64,000 nucleotides of DNA. Origin: Candidatus Bathyarchaeota archaeon (lineage in GTDB: Archaea; Thermoproteota; Bathyarchaeia; Bathyarchaeales; Bathycorpusculaceae). The stretch covers positions 352,001-416,000 of the forward strand of contig CAWHDT010000001.1 in assembly GCA_963828195.1 (NCBI GenBank), given 5' to 3'. Under the pieces are notes generated by a model that did no database searches, was not told the DNA's origin, and worked only from the letters and a program-made list of their open reading frames with translations. Shown one piece after another: positions 9,672-20,140 of the stretch. Position numbers and translations under genes: made by a program. Every line of letters starts with the position of its first letter. Within the stretch, counting starts at the first letter, position 1.

Positions 9672-11081
9672 TTATTGCCCCGTGATTTTCTTAGTTAAAT
9701 AGTTTCTTGCAATTAACGCAACAATGCAGATTGCTAAATATATCAAAACAAGATAGAATGCAGCCGCGCATACTACACCGTATTGCAAAAAAGCGGCGTT
9801 CGTATTAGGAGGCCCGGCGCCAAAGATCATTAAACTTGGTGCCTGCCAAATGAATACAGGCAAGTTTGGAATTTGCGTATGTAAACCAAACAGTTGGCTT
9901 AATGGTGGCAAAATCGTGGCTTTTCCGTTATCACCTATTACTCCCGCTTGGCTAACGTTCCCTACTGGGGTCCAGCTGGCGGTTAATGCTACAACTATTG
10001 TTTCTCCGATAGCTGATCCGAAGCCCAACAAAATTCCAGTTATTATTCCAGGTAACGCAGCAAAAAGTACTGCGTGTCGTGTCGTCTGCCATTTTGTTGC
10101 TCCAAGTGCAAAGGAGGCTTCTCGATAAGAGCCTGGTACGGATCGAATTGATTCTTCCGCTATTCGAATGTTCCATGGTAGAATCATGAATGCCAACGAT
10201 ATTGATCCTCCTATCAAAGTAAATCCCCAATGTAGAAATATGACAAAAACTGCCGCTCCTACTAAACCAATCACAACTGATGGAACTCCAGCCAGAGTTT
10301 CGACAAAATATCGGATAGTGATCGTAAATTTATTTTGACTTGCGTATTCTGAAAGGTATATAGCGGCTCCTAAACCTAGTGGTATAGCTATAAATTCACA
10401 AAAACCCGCAAGAAGTAAGGAACCTATTGCATACGGCAGTAATCCCCCAATGGAACCTTTGTTTACGCCTTCGATTACTTTAGTGGTCCAGGTAAATCCC
10501 CAATTTGAACTTGTGAAAAATGTCCAAGAAAGATAAGGTGATGCTCTCACTGCTAAGTAGGTGATCATACCTATCAAGATGCCTGCACAAATTAATCCCG
10601 ATAACCTTAAACCGAATTTTGCCAAGTTTTCTGTAACTATTGGCAGGTCTTTTGATTTAACTGAGGTATTTCTTCTTTTGTTGATTTCAATTGCAGCTGC
10701 TACAGCGGATAAAACAGTAATAATTAGGGCAAATTCGATATTTAAATTTCCTGAGACTGCCAATAATAGCGCTGTCACGCTGGACAATATTGACAATTTC
10801 CATCCATACGAATGCCCTTCCAAAAGAAGGTAACCTGTGGCAAATAAAATTAATGCTGGCCCCATTATCAGCAGCGAGTATGTTGTGTCAGCAACTAATC
10901 TATCAATAGTTGTTTGACCGAAGCCCTCTATTTGGATAGAATTAATAAGGTGAATTGCACCGGGCAAAGCCACAGCTACTCCTGCAGCAAATAGCAGGGC
11001 ACCTGCTACAAGGTTTTCCTTTTTCCTTTTCTTTAAATATCCCCATAGTTTCGTTGTTTCTTTTTTTAAGTTGTAATTCAT
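9672..11081 (-). CDS. pstA: Phosphate ABC transporter permease PstA with an extra N-terminal membrane domain
   Basis: AAIYLSEYA, LAGVPSVVIGL, LPWNIRIAEESIRSVP..YREASFALGATKWQT, AIGET. Confidence 0.93.
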   Translation of the reverse strand: MNYNLKKETTKLWGYLKKRKKENLVAGALLFAAGVAVALPGAIHLINSIQIEGFGQTTIDRLVADTTYSLLIMGPALILFATGYLLLEGHSYGWKLSILSSVTALLLAVSGNLNIEFALIITVLSAVAAAIEINKRRNTSVKSKDLPIVTENLAKFGLRLSGLICAGILIGMITYLAVRASPYLSWTFFTSSNWGFTWTTKVIEGVNKGSIGGLLPYAIGSLLLAGFCEFIAIPLGLGAAIYLSEYASQNKFTITIRYFVETLAGVPSVVIGLVGAAVFVIFLHWGFTLIGGSISLAFMILPWNIRIAEESIRSVPGSYREASFALGATKWQTTRHAVLFAALPGIITGILLGFGSAIGETIVVALTASWTPVGNVSQAGVIGDNGKATILPPLSQLFGLHTQIPNLPVFIWQAPSLMIFGAGPPNTNAAFLQYGVVCAAAFYLVLIYLAICIVALIARNYLTKKITGQ

Positions 11082-11106
11082 TTGCGTACCATTTCCTTGG
11101 GGATAA

Positions 11107-11973
11107 CTATCCTTTTGTTTTGTTTCTGCTTGCTGTGAGAGTTCTTATTACCAAATTGGTAAGTGCACACATGATGAAGAGAATAATTGCGCCCCCGAAA
11201 ACTAGACTGTAAATCGAGCTTCCGGGTTCGAAAGTGTCTTGTGTAGCTCTCGTCGCGATCCATGCGGTGAGGGAGTTGGTTTGGACAAATGGACTGAGGT
11301 TAATTGACGGTGGAGTAATTTGGCCGATTACCCATATTACGGCCATTGTTTCTCCTATGGCATTTGCGAAGGCTAGAACAATTGACGTGATTATTCCAGA
11401 CGATGCGCTTGACATTAGGACTCGAGTTGTCGTCTGCCATTTTGTTGCTCCCATTCCTAGAGATGCTTCTCTTAAATCTCCGGGTACTGCTCTTAAAGAA
11501 TCTTCTGAAACGCTTGTAATTAGTGGTAACGACATTATTCCAAGAACTATCCAGCCAACTAAAGTGCATTTTTCCGCATTCACGATTCCGAAGACACTTA
11601 AGTTAGCACATAAAATGATGAAACCTAAAAAACCGATGATGACTGATGGAAATCCGTTTAAGACTTCTAGGGTTGGTTTTATGATGTTTCTTATTCTTTT
11701 ATCAGCAAACTCCGCCAAGTATATTGCGCAGGGAATTCCGATAGCTACTCCTAATATTATGCCGCCAACGGCCAGGTATAACGTATCAAACATGTAAGGA
11801 ACCATCGGGTATATCGGGGAGCTGTTAAATCCATTAGCGATAAACTCGAATATTGTTGAGTACCCGTTAATTATTAAAAAAAACACTATGAAGAAAACTA
11901 TGCCGATTGAAGAGACAGCGCAAGAAAGCAAAGCTGCTTTGATCAAGTTTTCTTTAAGAAGCTTTTTATTCAT
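11107..11973 (-). CDS. pstC: Phosphate ABC transporter permease PstC
   Basis: AIYLAEFA, GFPSVIIGF, SEDSLRAVP..LREASLGMGATKWQT, AIGETMAV. Confidence 0.93.
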   Translation of the reverse strand: MNKKLLKENLIKAALLSCAVSSIGIVFFIVFFLIINGYSTIFEFIANGFNSSPIYPMVPYMFDTLYLAVGGIILGVAIGIPCAIYLAEFADKRIRNIIKPTLEVLNGFPSVIIGFLGFIILCANLSVFGIVNAEKCTLVGWIVLGIMSLPLITSVSEDSLRAVPGDLREASLGMGATKWQTTTRVLMSSASSGIITSIVLAFANAIGETMAVIWVIGQITPPSINLSPFVQTNSLTAWIATRATQDTFEPGSSIYSLVFGGAIILFIMCALTNLVIRTLTASRNKTKG

Positions 11974-12211
11974 GCCTCCCCGTTTTCTCCTTTCTTCTGT
12001 GCGTCTAAAAAGTTGGAAACTGCTAAGATAATGCTTTTCTATTTATAATTCATAGTCTAATTAGAAACACCTGTGCTCACAGGTTATCGCTTCCCAGATC
12101 AATAGACTAAATTGTTTACCATAAATTACATCGACAAGCTAGATATTCACTCGACACAAAGGTATTGTCTGAACGAGTAATCGTTCAAAGATCTAGAAAG
12201 GAGAATAAAAA
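11974..12211. promoter_or_regulatory. Divergent pstC/pstS promoter region with ~9-10-bp periodic ATnGAnTA-like repeats
   Basis: ATAGACTAA-ATTGTTTACC-ATAAATTAC-ATCGACAAGCTAGATA at 12102-12145; a similar arrangement on the minus strand toward pstC; AAGGAG SD before pstS. Confidence 0.5.
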
Positions 12212-13684
12212 ATGAATAGTAAACAAAAAACAATAGTATCTATGTTGATATTAGCATTGCTAGCACTTACGACAGCTGCAACTTTTGTAAATGCATCGGG
12301 CTTACCTTTCCAAAACAACCAGTTAGTCAATTCAAACACATTGACCATTTATGGCTCAAGCACAGTTCTTCCAATTGCTAACGAAGAAGCAGGCCAATGG
12401 CAAACATACTGGAACAACTTGGTCACTCTAAACCCCAGCTGGGGCGCAGATTCATGCACCACACCAGTTACTCCCGTAGGTCAAGGCAGCGGAACAGCAA
12501 TCCCCGCATTGACAGCCGGAACAGCTGATATTGGTGAAATGTCTAGACCACCAAACAATCAAACCACTGAATGGCTCTCAACAACGGTGCCCAGCCTGCA
12601 GATTTGGGGCGTCGGAATCGACAGCGTCGCAATCGTTTTGAGTCCTGACATGACCTGGTTCGTAACAGAACTCGCCACATTAGAAGGCACATCTAATCCA
12701 GGCCTAAACACTGCAGAAGTCGCTGCACTATTCGGAAATGGCGTGGTTGGCAGCCCTAACATTGGTGGACTACCGACAACAACATTCAACACTTGGAATG
12801 ACTTCTTCAACTACTACTTCCCAACCAACTACACAGCAGTTCCACAAGGAAGCAACACCATTAACCGGGCAGTGAGAGATCCAACTTCAGGAACATTCGA
12901 CTGCTTCAACAACTACTTTGCAGTACCAAACGGCTACCAATTTGAACACAAAACCAACAGTATCGTTGACGCTTCTCAGAACATGGCAGCATACACTTAC
13001 TGCGAAGCAAACATTGACATCTACAACACAGTACACGCTGGAACTAACTACATCGGCTTCATATCCTTAGGCTACCTCCAAGTCTACGGCGGCATGATTG
13101 GCATATCCGTCTCATACAACACTGCGAGCCTTCCGAGCTCAACTATAGCGGTCGTTACTCCAGCAGTATGGAGTACATACGTTACGCCAACACGAGACAA
13201 CGTAATCTACGCACTCTCAAACTACAAAGACACTGCAGCCACAGGTCAATACTTCGCATGGAGATACCTCTGGGAAGTAACACCTAGCACAATCCCATCC
13301 ACTGGTCCACTCTTAGAAACAGGAGTCTGGATTGCATACATGATGGAGCCAGGCACAACTGGAAACAGCACTAACCCAAGCAACTTCGTTAACGACCAAG
13401 CCTACATTAGTCTTGACCGTGACGACATGGCCGGCACACCAACACTCAACGGCGCATTAGGCGTACAAACTTCAAGTCTACAACCAGGTCAGACCACAAC
13501 TATCCCAGACGGCAAAGTTAACTTCCACGACTTAACCTACTTCGTCTCTGCTTACATCGCATACTACAACCAAGGAACATACAACCCATACGCAGACATG
13601 AACGCTGACGGCAAAATCAACTTCAACGACCTCAAACTCTTCGTATCAACATACATAGCATACTTTACAACATACGTACCATAA
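12212..13684 (+). CDS. pstS: Phosphate-binding protein PstS with C-terminal dockerin
   Basis: Class I signal peptide (VNA|S) with no lipobox Cys; GSSTV, GSGTA, DIGEMSR, RDPTSGTF; dockerin DGKVNFHDL / DMNADGKINFNDL; divergent from pstCA. Confidence 0.92.
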   Translation: MNSKQKTIVSMLILALLALTTAATFVNASGLPFQNNQLVNSNTLTIYGSSTVLPIANEEAGQWQTYWNNLVTLNPSWGADSCTTPVTPVGQGSGTAIPALTAGTADIGEMSRPPNNQTTEWLSTTVPSLQIWGVGIDSVAIVLSPDMTWFVTELATLEGTSNPGLNTAEVAALFGNGVVGSPNIGGLPTTTFNTWNDFFNYYFPTNYTAVPQGSNTINRAVRDPTSGTFDCFNNYFAVPNGYQFEHKTNSIVDASQNMAAYTYCEANIDIYNTVHAGTNYIGFISLGYLQVYGGMIGISVSYNTASLPSSTIAVVTPAVWSTYVTPTRDNVIYALSNYKDTAATGQYFAWRYLWEVTPSTIPSTGPLLETGVWIAYMMEPGTTGNSTNPSNFVNDQAYISLDRDDMAGTPTLNGALGVQTSSLQPGQTTTIPDGKVNFHDLTYFVSAYIAYYNQGTYNPYADMNADGKINFNDLKLFVSTYIAYFTTYVP

Positions 13685-13710
13685 AAAAACCCCATCTTTT
13701 CTTTTTTTTT
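13685..13710 (+). terminator. Oligo-T archaeal terminator-like tract between pstS and the next gene
   Basis: CCCCATCTTTTCTTTTTTTTT; similar tracts follow the genes ending at 15937, 47092 and 57346. Confidence 0.5.
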
Positions 13711-13738
13711 ATGATAACATGAAAGGAGAACAAAAAAA

Positions 13739-15937
13739 ATGAAAACCAAAATATTTAAAACCAAATCAGTAATAGCTTTGGCACTGGTCCTTTTTATGGT
13801 CGTGCCAATGCTGTTTGCGGCTTTACCAGGTGTTAAAGCCCAAACCACGCCAGTGCTCAGCGTTGTTCCTGATGGCCAACCAGGCGCCACCATGACAACA
13901 ATGATAGCTGGCTTGGCGGTCGGCTCAACATTCACGGTAGACATCCGCGTCGACGACATAGGCGACATTAGCCAAGGCATAAACGGCTTAAGCTACAGCA
14001 TAACCTACAACGCAGCAGTCCTCCAACTAACTGGACACGCAACAAAGAACGCATCATTCTGGGGTGCCAACGTAGGTGACGTCACATCTATCGTCACTAC
14101 AAGCAGCGGCGTCTTCACAGAATCCGCAATCATCGTTCCATCCGGAGCACCAGACGAATCAACAAACACACCAGGCGTTGCAACAACCTTAACCTTCAAA
14201 GTACTAACCACAGGACAAAGCGACATTAACTTCCAGCCAAGCGACGTCGGAGTAGCATACTTAACCTACCCAGATGCAGTGGGAAATAGCCACGACGTAA
14301 CTGCCAACGTAGAGAACGCAATATACAACCAATTAACCACCTCAATCAGCGCATATCAACATGGCACAGCCAACTCAGTCATCCAATTCGCTCCAAACAC
14401 TGACCCAATAGGCAGCACCTTCACAGTAGACGTCAACATCACCAACCAATTAGCAGAGCCCATATGGGGATACAATGTCGGCGTCAACTGGAACCCAGCA
14501 GTACTCCAACTAGAAACAGTGACTGAAGGAACATACCTCAACAGCGCACCAGGCCTATATGATGGCAGCTCAACACTCTTCATTGCAGGATCAATAGACA
14601 ACGTCCACGGAGACATCCCACAAGGCGTCAGCGACGTATACCTGACAAACGAGACAACCACATCACTGTCAGGCACACTGTTCAACTTAACCTTCGAAGT
14701 AATAAACTACGCCAACAGCAGCATAAACTTAACCCCAGGCAATCCAACATTGATCGACAACCTTGGAAACAGCCAATCAGTCACCCTAAACAGCGCACAA
14801 TATGTCACCCTAGCACCACCAGCACCTACCTCACCAGTTGCAGTTATATCTCCTCCAGCATCAACAATGTACCTCGCAGGAGCACCACTATCCTTAACAG
14901 GAATAAACTCTCAACCAGGAGTTGACTACATTCCAAACGCACAATCGCCAATCTTCCCAATCACAACATACACTTGGACCGTACCAGCAGGTATCACCAT
15001 TACTGGCCAAGGCACAGCCACAATAAACTTCACAGGACCAACCCCAGCAGCTGATATCACAATCGGATTAACCGTCTCAACCGCAACAAACCCATCAGAC
15101 CTATCATACGTTAACGTAAGCAACGAAACAACAATCATACTATCACCAGCATTCACCAACCCAACCACTGCAGGCGCACAAATAGACGTTTACGTAGTAG
15201 CACCCTTCCCATACGCAGGATTCGCTCCCATTAGCCAAGGAATCTTCAACAACACAAACCCAGCCGCTTCCTTAGTAGACACCTACGCACCACAACAACT
15301 CATGAGCCTAGAAGCATACGTCGGATATAACGGAGCAACAGTAGCAGACAAACTGGTAACATTCTACGTAACAGCCTACAACAACCCAAGTGATGTAATC
15401 GCAACATTCGTAGGATACACCAATGACAACGGAATCATAGACACATCCTATCGCCTACCAAACTATAACAGCTCTGTCATGCCCTTCGGAGAATACACAG
15501 TAACCGCAACCGTTGATGTCGCACAAGTACAAGTAACCGACTGCTTTAGCTTCGAATACAACTATATCCTGAACTTCGCATCAGTAACAACACCCGCAGA
15601 AACAGCCCGAGGCCAAGCAGCAACCTCACAAATAACCATAGCTAACAACGCATTCACAACCCAACCATACTACCTAACCTACACCGTCACAGACAACAAC
15701 AACGTACCAATCCTTTCAGGTTCAGCCAATGGAACAGCTACAATTGTTGCAACTCCAATTAACGCCCAAGGAATTAACACAGCATTTACAATCACCTTGA
15801 ACCTTCCATCATACGCTTTCGTTGGAACAGCAACCCTACACGTAGACCTCTTCAACGCCAACCCAGCAACTCAAAACGGCCTACCATACTGCCCAGAAAA
15901 CGACCAAACATTCACCATCGCAATCCCAGCAGCATAA
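13739..15937 (+). CDS. Secreted scaffoldin-like protein: 2 cohesins + PKD-like domain + conserved two-domain C-terminal module
   Basis: VGSTFTVDIRV...YNAAVLQL...GVATTLTFKV and IGSTFTVDVNI...WNPAVLQL..VTEGTYL...GTLFNLTFEV; ends LPSYAFVGTATLHV...LPYCPE. Confidence 0.85.
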   Translation: MKTKIFKTKSVIALALVLFMVVPMLFAALPGVKAQTTPVLSVVPDGQPGATMTTMIAGLAVGSTFTVDIRVDDIGDISQGINGLSYSITYNAAVLQLTGHATKNASFWGANVGDVTSIVTTSSGVFTESAIIVPSGAPDESTNTPGVATTLTFKVLTTGQSDINFQPSDVGVAYLTYPDAVGNSHDVTANVENAIYNQLTTSISAYQHGTANSVIQFAPNTDPIGSTFTVDVNITNQLAEPIWGYNVGVNWNPAVLQLETVTEGTYLNSAPGLYDGSSTLFIAGSIDNVHGDIPQGVSDVYLTNETTTSLSGTLFNLTFEVINYANSSINLTPGNPTLIDNLGNSQSVTLNSAQYVTLAPPAPTSPVAVISPPASTMYLAGAPLSLTGINSQPGVDYIPNAQSPIFPITTYTWTVPAGITITGQGTATINFTGPTPAADITIGLTVSTATNPSDLSYVNVSNETTIILSPAFTNPTTAGAQIDVYVVAPFPYAGFAPISQGIFNNTNPAASLVDTYAPQQLMSLEAYVGYNGATVADKLVTFYVTAYNNPSDVIATFVGYTNDNGIIDTSYRLPNYNSSVMPFGEYTVTATVDVAQVQVTDCFSFEYNYILNFASVTTPAETARGQAATSQITIANNAFTTQPYYLTYTVTDNNNVPILSGSANGTATIVATPINAQGINTAFTITLNLPSYAFVGTATLHVDLFNANPATQNGLPYCPENDQTFTIAIPAA

Positions 15938-16617
15938 ACAGTACTACCATAAACAAACAAAACATAAAACAAAAAACCAATCCTTTTTTCTTTTTTTGCA
16001 AATACCTATTTTCTATAGTAAATTGACTTAATTGACTAAATTTGTATTTAGCAATCGGAGAACTACTGAAAGCTTCGATGAAGTGGAAGTAACTAACTTG
16101 ACCTACAATTTGCAATTTGCTTCTTGGTGTAACCTTTGTTTGACAGAAAAATCGGTTTTTTTTCAAAAGAAGAAGAAAAACGTTTTCTCCGACCTTCTTC
16201 TTTCTGAGAGGATTGTTCTCTTTGTTTCTCAGATTGTCTTTTTCAAAAATCTTTGAAACTAAACACGCGCGCAATTGCTAAATTACAACGTTATAAGTTG
16301 ACCCAAACAAGAAGCCGTTATAAATTTCCTGCTTGGATTAAATTAGATTATAAGAGAAAAATGATTGCATCTTTTTTAAATTGACTATTGACTGCTTTAA
16401 GAGTTATTCAACAATTTGAGAACAAAACTCTTTAGCATCTAAGAATCGCTATGTGCAATATATAGAATAATTTGGTTAGCTAAAATAACGTCTATGCTGA
16501 CAATACATTTGATAAGGAGGAGGTCTCTGTGAACTTCGTAAAAACTCATTGCGCCTTAATGTTATAAAATATTTTGGCGAAATCACGAAATTAACAGAAG
16601 ACTGAGGGGGAAATAAT

Positions 16618-18813
16618 TTGGGGTTCAGAAACTTTTTTTGTTTTGTTCTCATTCTTATTTTAGCTGTGTCCTTTTTTTCTTTATCGATGAGTTTTACCCA
16701 TGCAGTCAGCAGCGGACCTGTACTCAGTGTAGTGCTTTCAGGAACTATTAATGATTCGACTCTTCCTACTGTGGCAGTTGGTTCCACCTTTAGCGTAGAT
16801 GTGCGAATAGACAACACAGGCAGTGTAAATCCTGGCATTAACTCAATCAGTTTCACATTAACTTGGAATCCTGCGGTGTTGCAGTGCATTAACGCAGCGG
16901 ATGGAACCTTCCTGCCAAACCAATCCAATTCAGGAGATCGTTCACCCGATAACAACGTTGGAAATGTCACATATGGCCTCAGTGTTCTCGATGCAAGCAA
17001 CCCAATGGATTGCGAGCCAGGGGGAAGTACCGGAGTGGTTGCCACTGTTACATTCCAAGTGTTGGAATCGGCTCAAAGCGGGCTCAACATTGTACCCAGC
17101 AGCCAAAACGTCGTATACCTTACATACCCTAACGGCAGCGGAAATAGCTTAAATGTGACCAACACACAAATTGTTGACGCCCTATTCAACCAAATGCTTA
17201 CCTCAATTAACGTCTACCAACTTAACACAAGCAATTCGACAATCCAATTTCCCTATGGAACTGATCCGATATACAACACCTTCACTGTAGATGTAAACAT
17301 CACTAATGCTGCGGCAGAACCCATATGGGCTTGGAGCATTGGCGTCTACTGGAACCCACAAGTGCTCCAATTGGACACAATAACTCAAGGAAACTACTTG
17401 ACAAATGTTGGCGGTCTCTATGACGGTAGCCCTACATTGTTCATTGCTGGCCCGATAGACAACACCGCAGGTCCTTTCCCAGTTGACAACGTTCATGGCA
17501 CAATCGATCAAGGAATAAGTGATGTGTACCTTTCGAACACTACAACCACCAAGCTGTCCGGTAGCCTATGCATCTTGACTTTCCAAGTTATCAGCTACGG
17601 CAATAGCTACATTAACATAACAACGGGCAATCCAACTCTAATTGACAACTTGGGCAATTCACAACCAGTTGTTTTAAACGAGGGACAGTACGTAGGTGTG
17701 ACTCCGCCACCACCAAAAGCACCAACTGCAATAATCCACAATGAAGCGGCAACTACAAGTTTTCTACCAGGAGCAACAATCACATTGGACGCGTTTAGTT
17801 CAACGCCTGGATCGGATGTTACTCCAAACCCTAATACACCGAATTTTCCAATATTATCTTACACATGGGCTGTCAGCGGAATATCTGGGTTTACTATACC
17901 CTCAAGCGGCAGCTCAATTACTTTTCTAGCACCGAACCCGGCAAGTTCATTCCTCGTCACCCTGACCGTTTCCACAGCACCTAACCCCGCAGACCCAAAC
18001 TATGTGAGCACAGACAGCGCCTCTATTGAGTTCGACCCTGCATATCAACAGCTGACAAGTGCTGGTGCTCAAATTGATCTGTACATAGTTAATCCCAACC
18101 CGACAAACACGTCGTACCCAATTAAATTTCCAACCAGCCAAGGAATCTACAACAACACTTCTCCGACCGGTTCTTATGTTGATACATTTTCTCCAGAGGA
18201 AGAGTTGGATCTCCAAACGTTCATCGTGTACAACGGTGCGGCAGTGCCAAATACGCTAGTGACCTTTGTTGTAACCCCTGAGAATAATCCGTCAGATGTC
18301 CTAGCAAACTTTGTAGCATATTCTAACGATAATGGGTATGCAACAGCAACATACCGTCTTCCGACGTATAACGACGCCGATATGCCCTTCGGTAATTATA
18401 CAGTCACTGCTTTTGTTGACATAGCTCAGGTGAGAGTAAGTGACTGCTTTACCTTCCAATTTAACTACGTGCTCAATATATACTCAGTAACGCAACCACC
18501 GGAAACTGCAAGAGGACAACAAACGAGCTTCACAGCAACCATACAATGCAATTCTTTCATAGAACAAAATTACTTTTTAAGCTGGACTTTAACGGACAGC
18601 AACAACGTGCCAATCATTTCAGGTGAGACTTCCGGAACAGCTTTTCCAGGCAGCGGAAACATCCAATACGTAACATTGACTATTCCAACATACTCCTACA
18701 ATGGAACAGCAACCCTGCACGTAAACTTGTTCAATGGTAACCCCGAGTTTCTGTCTCAAGATGCTCTACCATACTGTCCGGAAAGCGATCAGTCCTTAAC
18801 AATATTGCCCTAA
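16618..18813 (+). CDS. Paralogous scaffoldin-like protein: 2 cohesins + PKD-like domain + C-terminal module
   Basis: Collinear with 13739..15937 (GLYDGS.TLFIAG, GNPTLIDNLGNSQ, MPFG.YTVTA.VD.AQV, LPYCPE); TTG start after GAGGGGG. Confidence 0.85.
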   Translation: MGFRNFFCFVLILILAVSFFSLSMSFTHAVSSGPVLSVVLSGTINDSTLPTVAVGSTFSVDVRIDNTGSVNPGINSISFTLTWNPAVLQCINAADGTFLPNQSNSGDRSPDNNVGNVTYGLSVLDASNPMDCEPGGSTGVVATVTFQVLESAQSGLNIVPSSQNVVYLTYPNGSGNSLNVTNTQIVDALFNQMLTSINVYQLNTSNSTIQFPYGTDPIYNTFTVDVNITNAAAEPIWAWSIGVYWNPQVLQLDTITQGNYLTNVGGLYDGSPTLFIAGPIDNTAGPFPVDNVHGTIDQGISDVYLSNTTTTKLSGSLCILTFQVISYGNSYINITTGNPTLIDNLGNSQPVVLNEGQYVGVTPPPPKAPTAIIHNEAATTSFLPGATITLDAFSSTPGSDVTPNPNTPNFPILSYTWAVSGISGFTIPSSGSSITFLAPNPASSFLVTLTVSTAPNPADPNYVSTDSASIEFDPAYQQLTSAGAQIDLYIVNPNPTNTSYPIKFPTSQGIYNNTSPTGSYVDTFSPEEELDLQTFIVYNGAAVPNTLVTFVVTPENNPSDVLANFVAYSNDNGYATATYRLPTYNDADMPFGNYTVTAFVDIAQVRVSDCFTFQFNYVLNIYSVTQPPETARGQQTSFTATIQCNSFIEQNYFLSWTLTDSNNVPIISGETSGTAFPGSGNIQYVTLTIPTYSYNGTATLHVNLFNGNPEFLSQDALPYCPESDQSLTILP

Positions 18814-19042
18814 CATGGATACAGCACAAAACCACATCTTTTTTGGACTATTAACCCTGAATATGTCTAAGATTTTAGACTTTGTTTAGGCGTAAACTGA
18901 GTAGAGCGATAATTGAGGAGGACATATAGATAGCGAGAAAAAATAGGCGAGCGGGATTGATTTAATTGATTAATAAGCTTTTTTTCTTCAAGTTTGGAGC
19001 TTTTAATAAGGCAGAATTTGAGTGCCCCATCCTCAAAGCAAC

Positions 19043-19095
19043 TTCTATATAGATTCTTTAAATCTCAATACACTATTTTGGATAAGCTAAATAGT
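19043..19095 (+). promoter_or_regulatory. Shared ~53-bp upstream element, copy 1
   Basis: TTCTATATAGATTCTTTAAATCTCAATACACTATTTTGGATAAGCTAAATAGT aligns without gaps to the copies at 21517 and 23880. Confidence 0.65.
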
Positions 19096-19130
19096 CCTTT
19101 TGCGAAATACAAACGCAGGAAGGGAGCAAA

Positions 19131-20135
19131 ATGAAAAAATTAATAGTATCATTTCTTTGTTGCTTACTGATAGTTTCCGCTTCAATAGCTTTGGTTAGTG
19201 CAACCTCGCAATTGACTTTGACAGCCACTTGTGATAGTGCTTTATATGATCGAAATACCACTTTAACTTTTAGTGGAAGTATGGTGTATAACAATTACGA
19301 ATATCTACAATATCCAAGCGACGGCTTAGTCGGTATACAAATCGTGGACCCGACCGGATATACAACAGTAATAAGAACCCTGAGAACGGGGACTTCAATG
19401 CCTAACAACATAACCGCTTACATAGACTCAGCATATTTATGCAATGTTGCTGGCAACCCGCAGACAAGTGTTCTTCTGCCAACCGCAGACAACGGAGAAG
19501 TCCCATATTACTATATTCAAGTTCAGAATAACGCTGCTATAGGAGTCCCAATGTTGCTAACAATGAACATATTTGACAGCAACGGAATTCCAATCACTTC
19601 AACGTATCAATGGGTAACGCCGGGCGCCTATTCCACATCCTTCGTCCAAACAAACTTCAATATCGACTCAGATGCGCACTACGGAATAGCAACCGCCTAC
19701 GTCAACGTCTACTCTAATTGGCCCAGCCTAGGAGGAATCCCGTATGGTTTGGAACAATCATTCCAGTTCACCATAACCGGCGGTCCAGCATTTACAGGAA
19801 ACCCCAGCATGACTACAAGCGGAAATGGCCTCTACTCCTTAAACTATACAGTGCCTAAAATTGCAAACTTGGGCACCTACACAGTGTACACCACAGCCAA
19901 CTACCTGGGCGCTCCCGCTTCAGCAAGCACCACATTCCAAGTTCAACAATTGGGCGATTTAAACGGCGACGGCAAAGTAAACTTTACTGATCTAACAATT
20001 TTTGTTGCCGACTACATAGCCTACTATAATAGTGGCGTATATAATCCGCTTATAGACCTTAATCACGACGGAAAAGTAAACTTTGCCGACTTACAAGCCT
20101 TCGTACATGATTACATAGTGTATTGGAGTTCATAA
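19131..20135 (+). CDS. Secreted protein with part of the shared module + C-terminal dockerin
   Basis: IDSDAHYGIATAYVNVY...GIPYGLE; GDLNGDGKVNFTDL / DLNHDGKVNFADL. Confidence 0.85.
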   Translation: MKKLIVSFLCCLLIVSASIALVSATSQLTLTATCDSALYDRNTTLTFSGSMVYNNYEYLQYPSDGLVGIQIVDPTGYTTVIRTLRTGTSMPNNITAYIDSAYLCNVAGNPQTSVLLPTADNGEVPYYYIQVQNNAAIGVPMLLTMNIFDSNGIPITSTYQWVTPGAYSTSFVQTNFNIDSDAHYGIATAYVNVYSNWPSLGGIPYGLEQSFQFTITGGPAFTGNPSMTTSGNGLYSLNYTVPKIANLGTYTVYTTANYLGAPASASTTFQVQQLGDLNGDGKVNFTDLTIFVADYIAYYNSGVYNPLIDLNHDGKVNFADLQAFVHDYIVYWSS

Positions 20136-20140
20136 AATAG

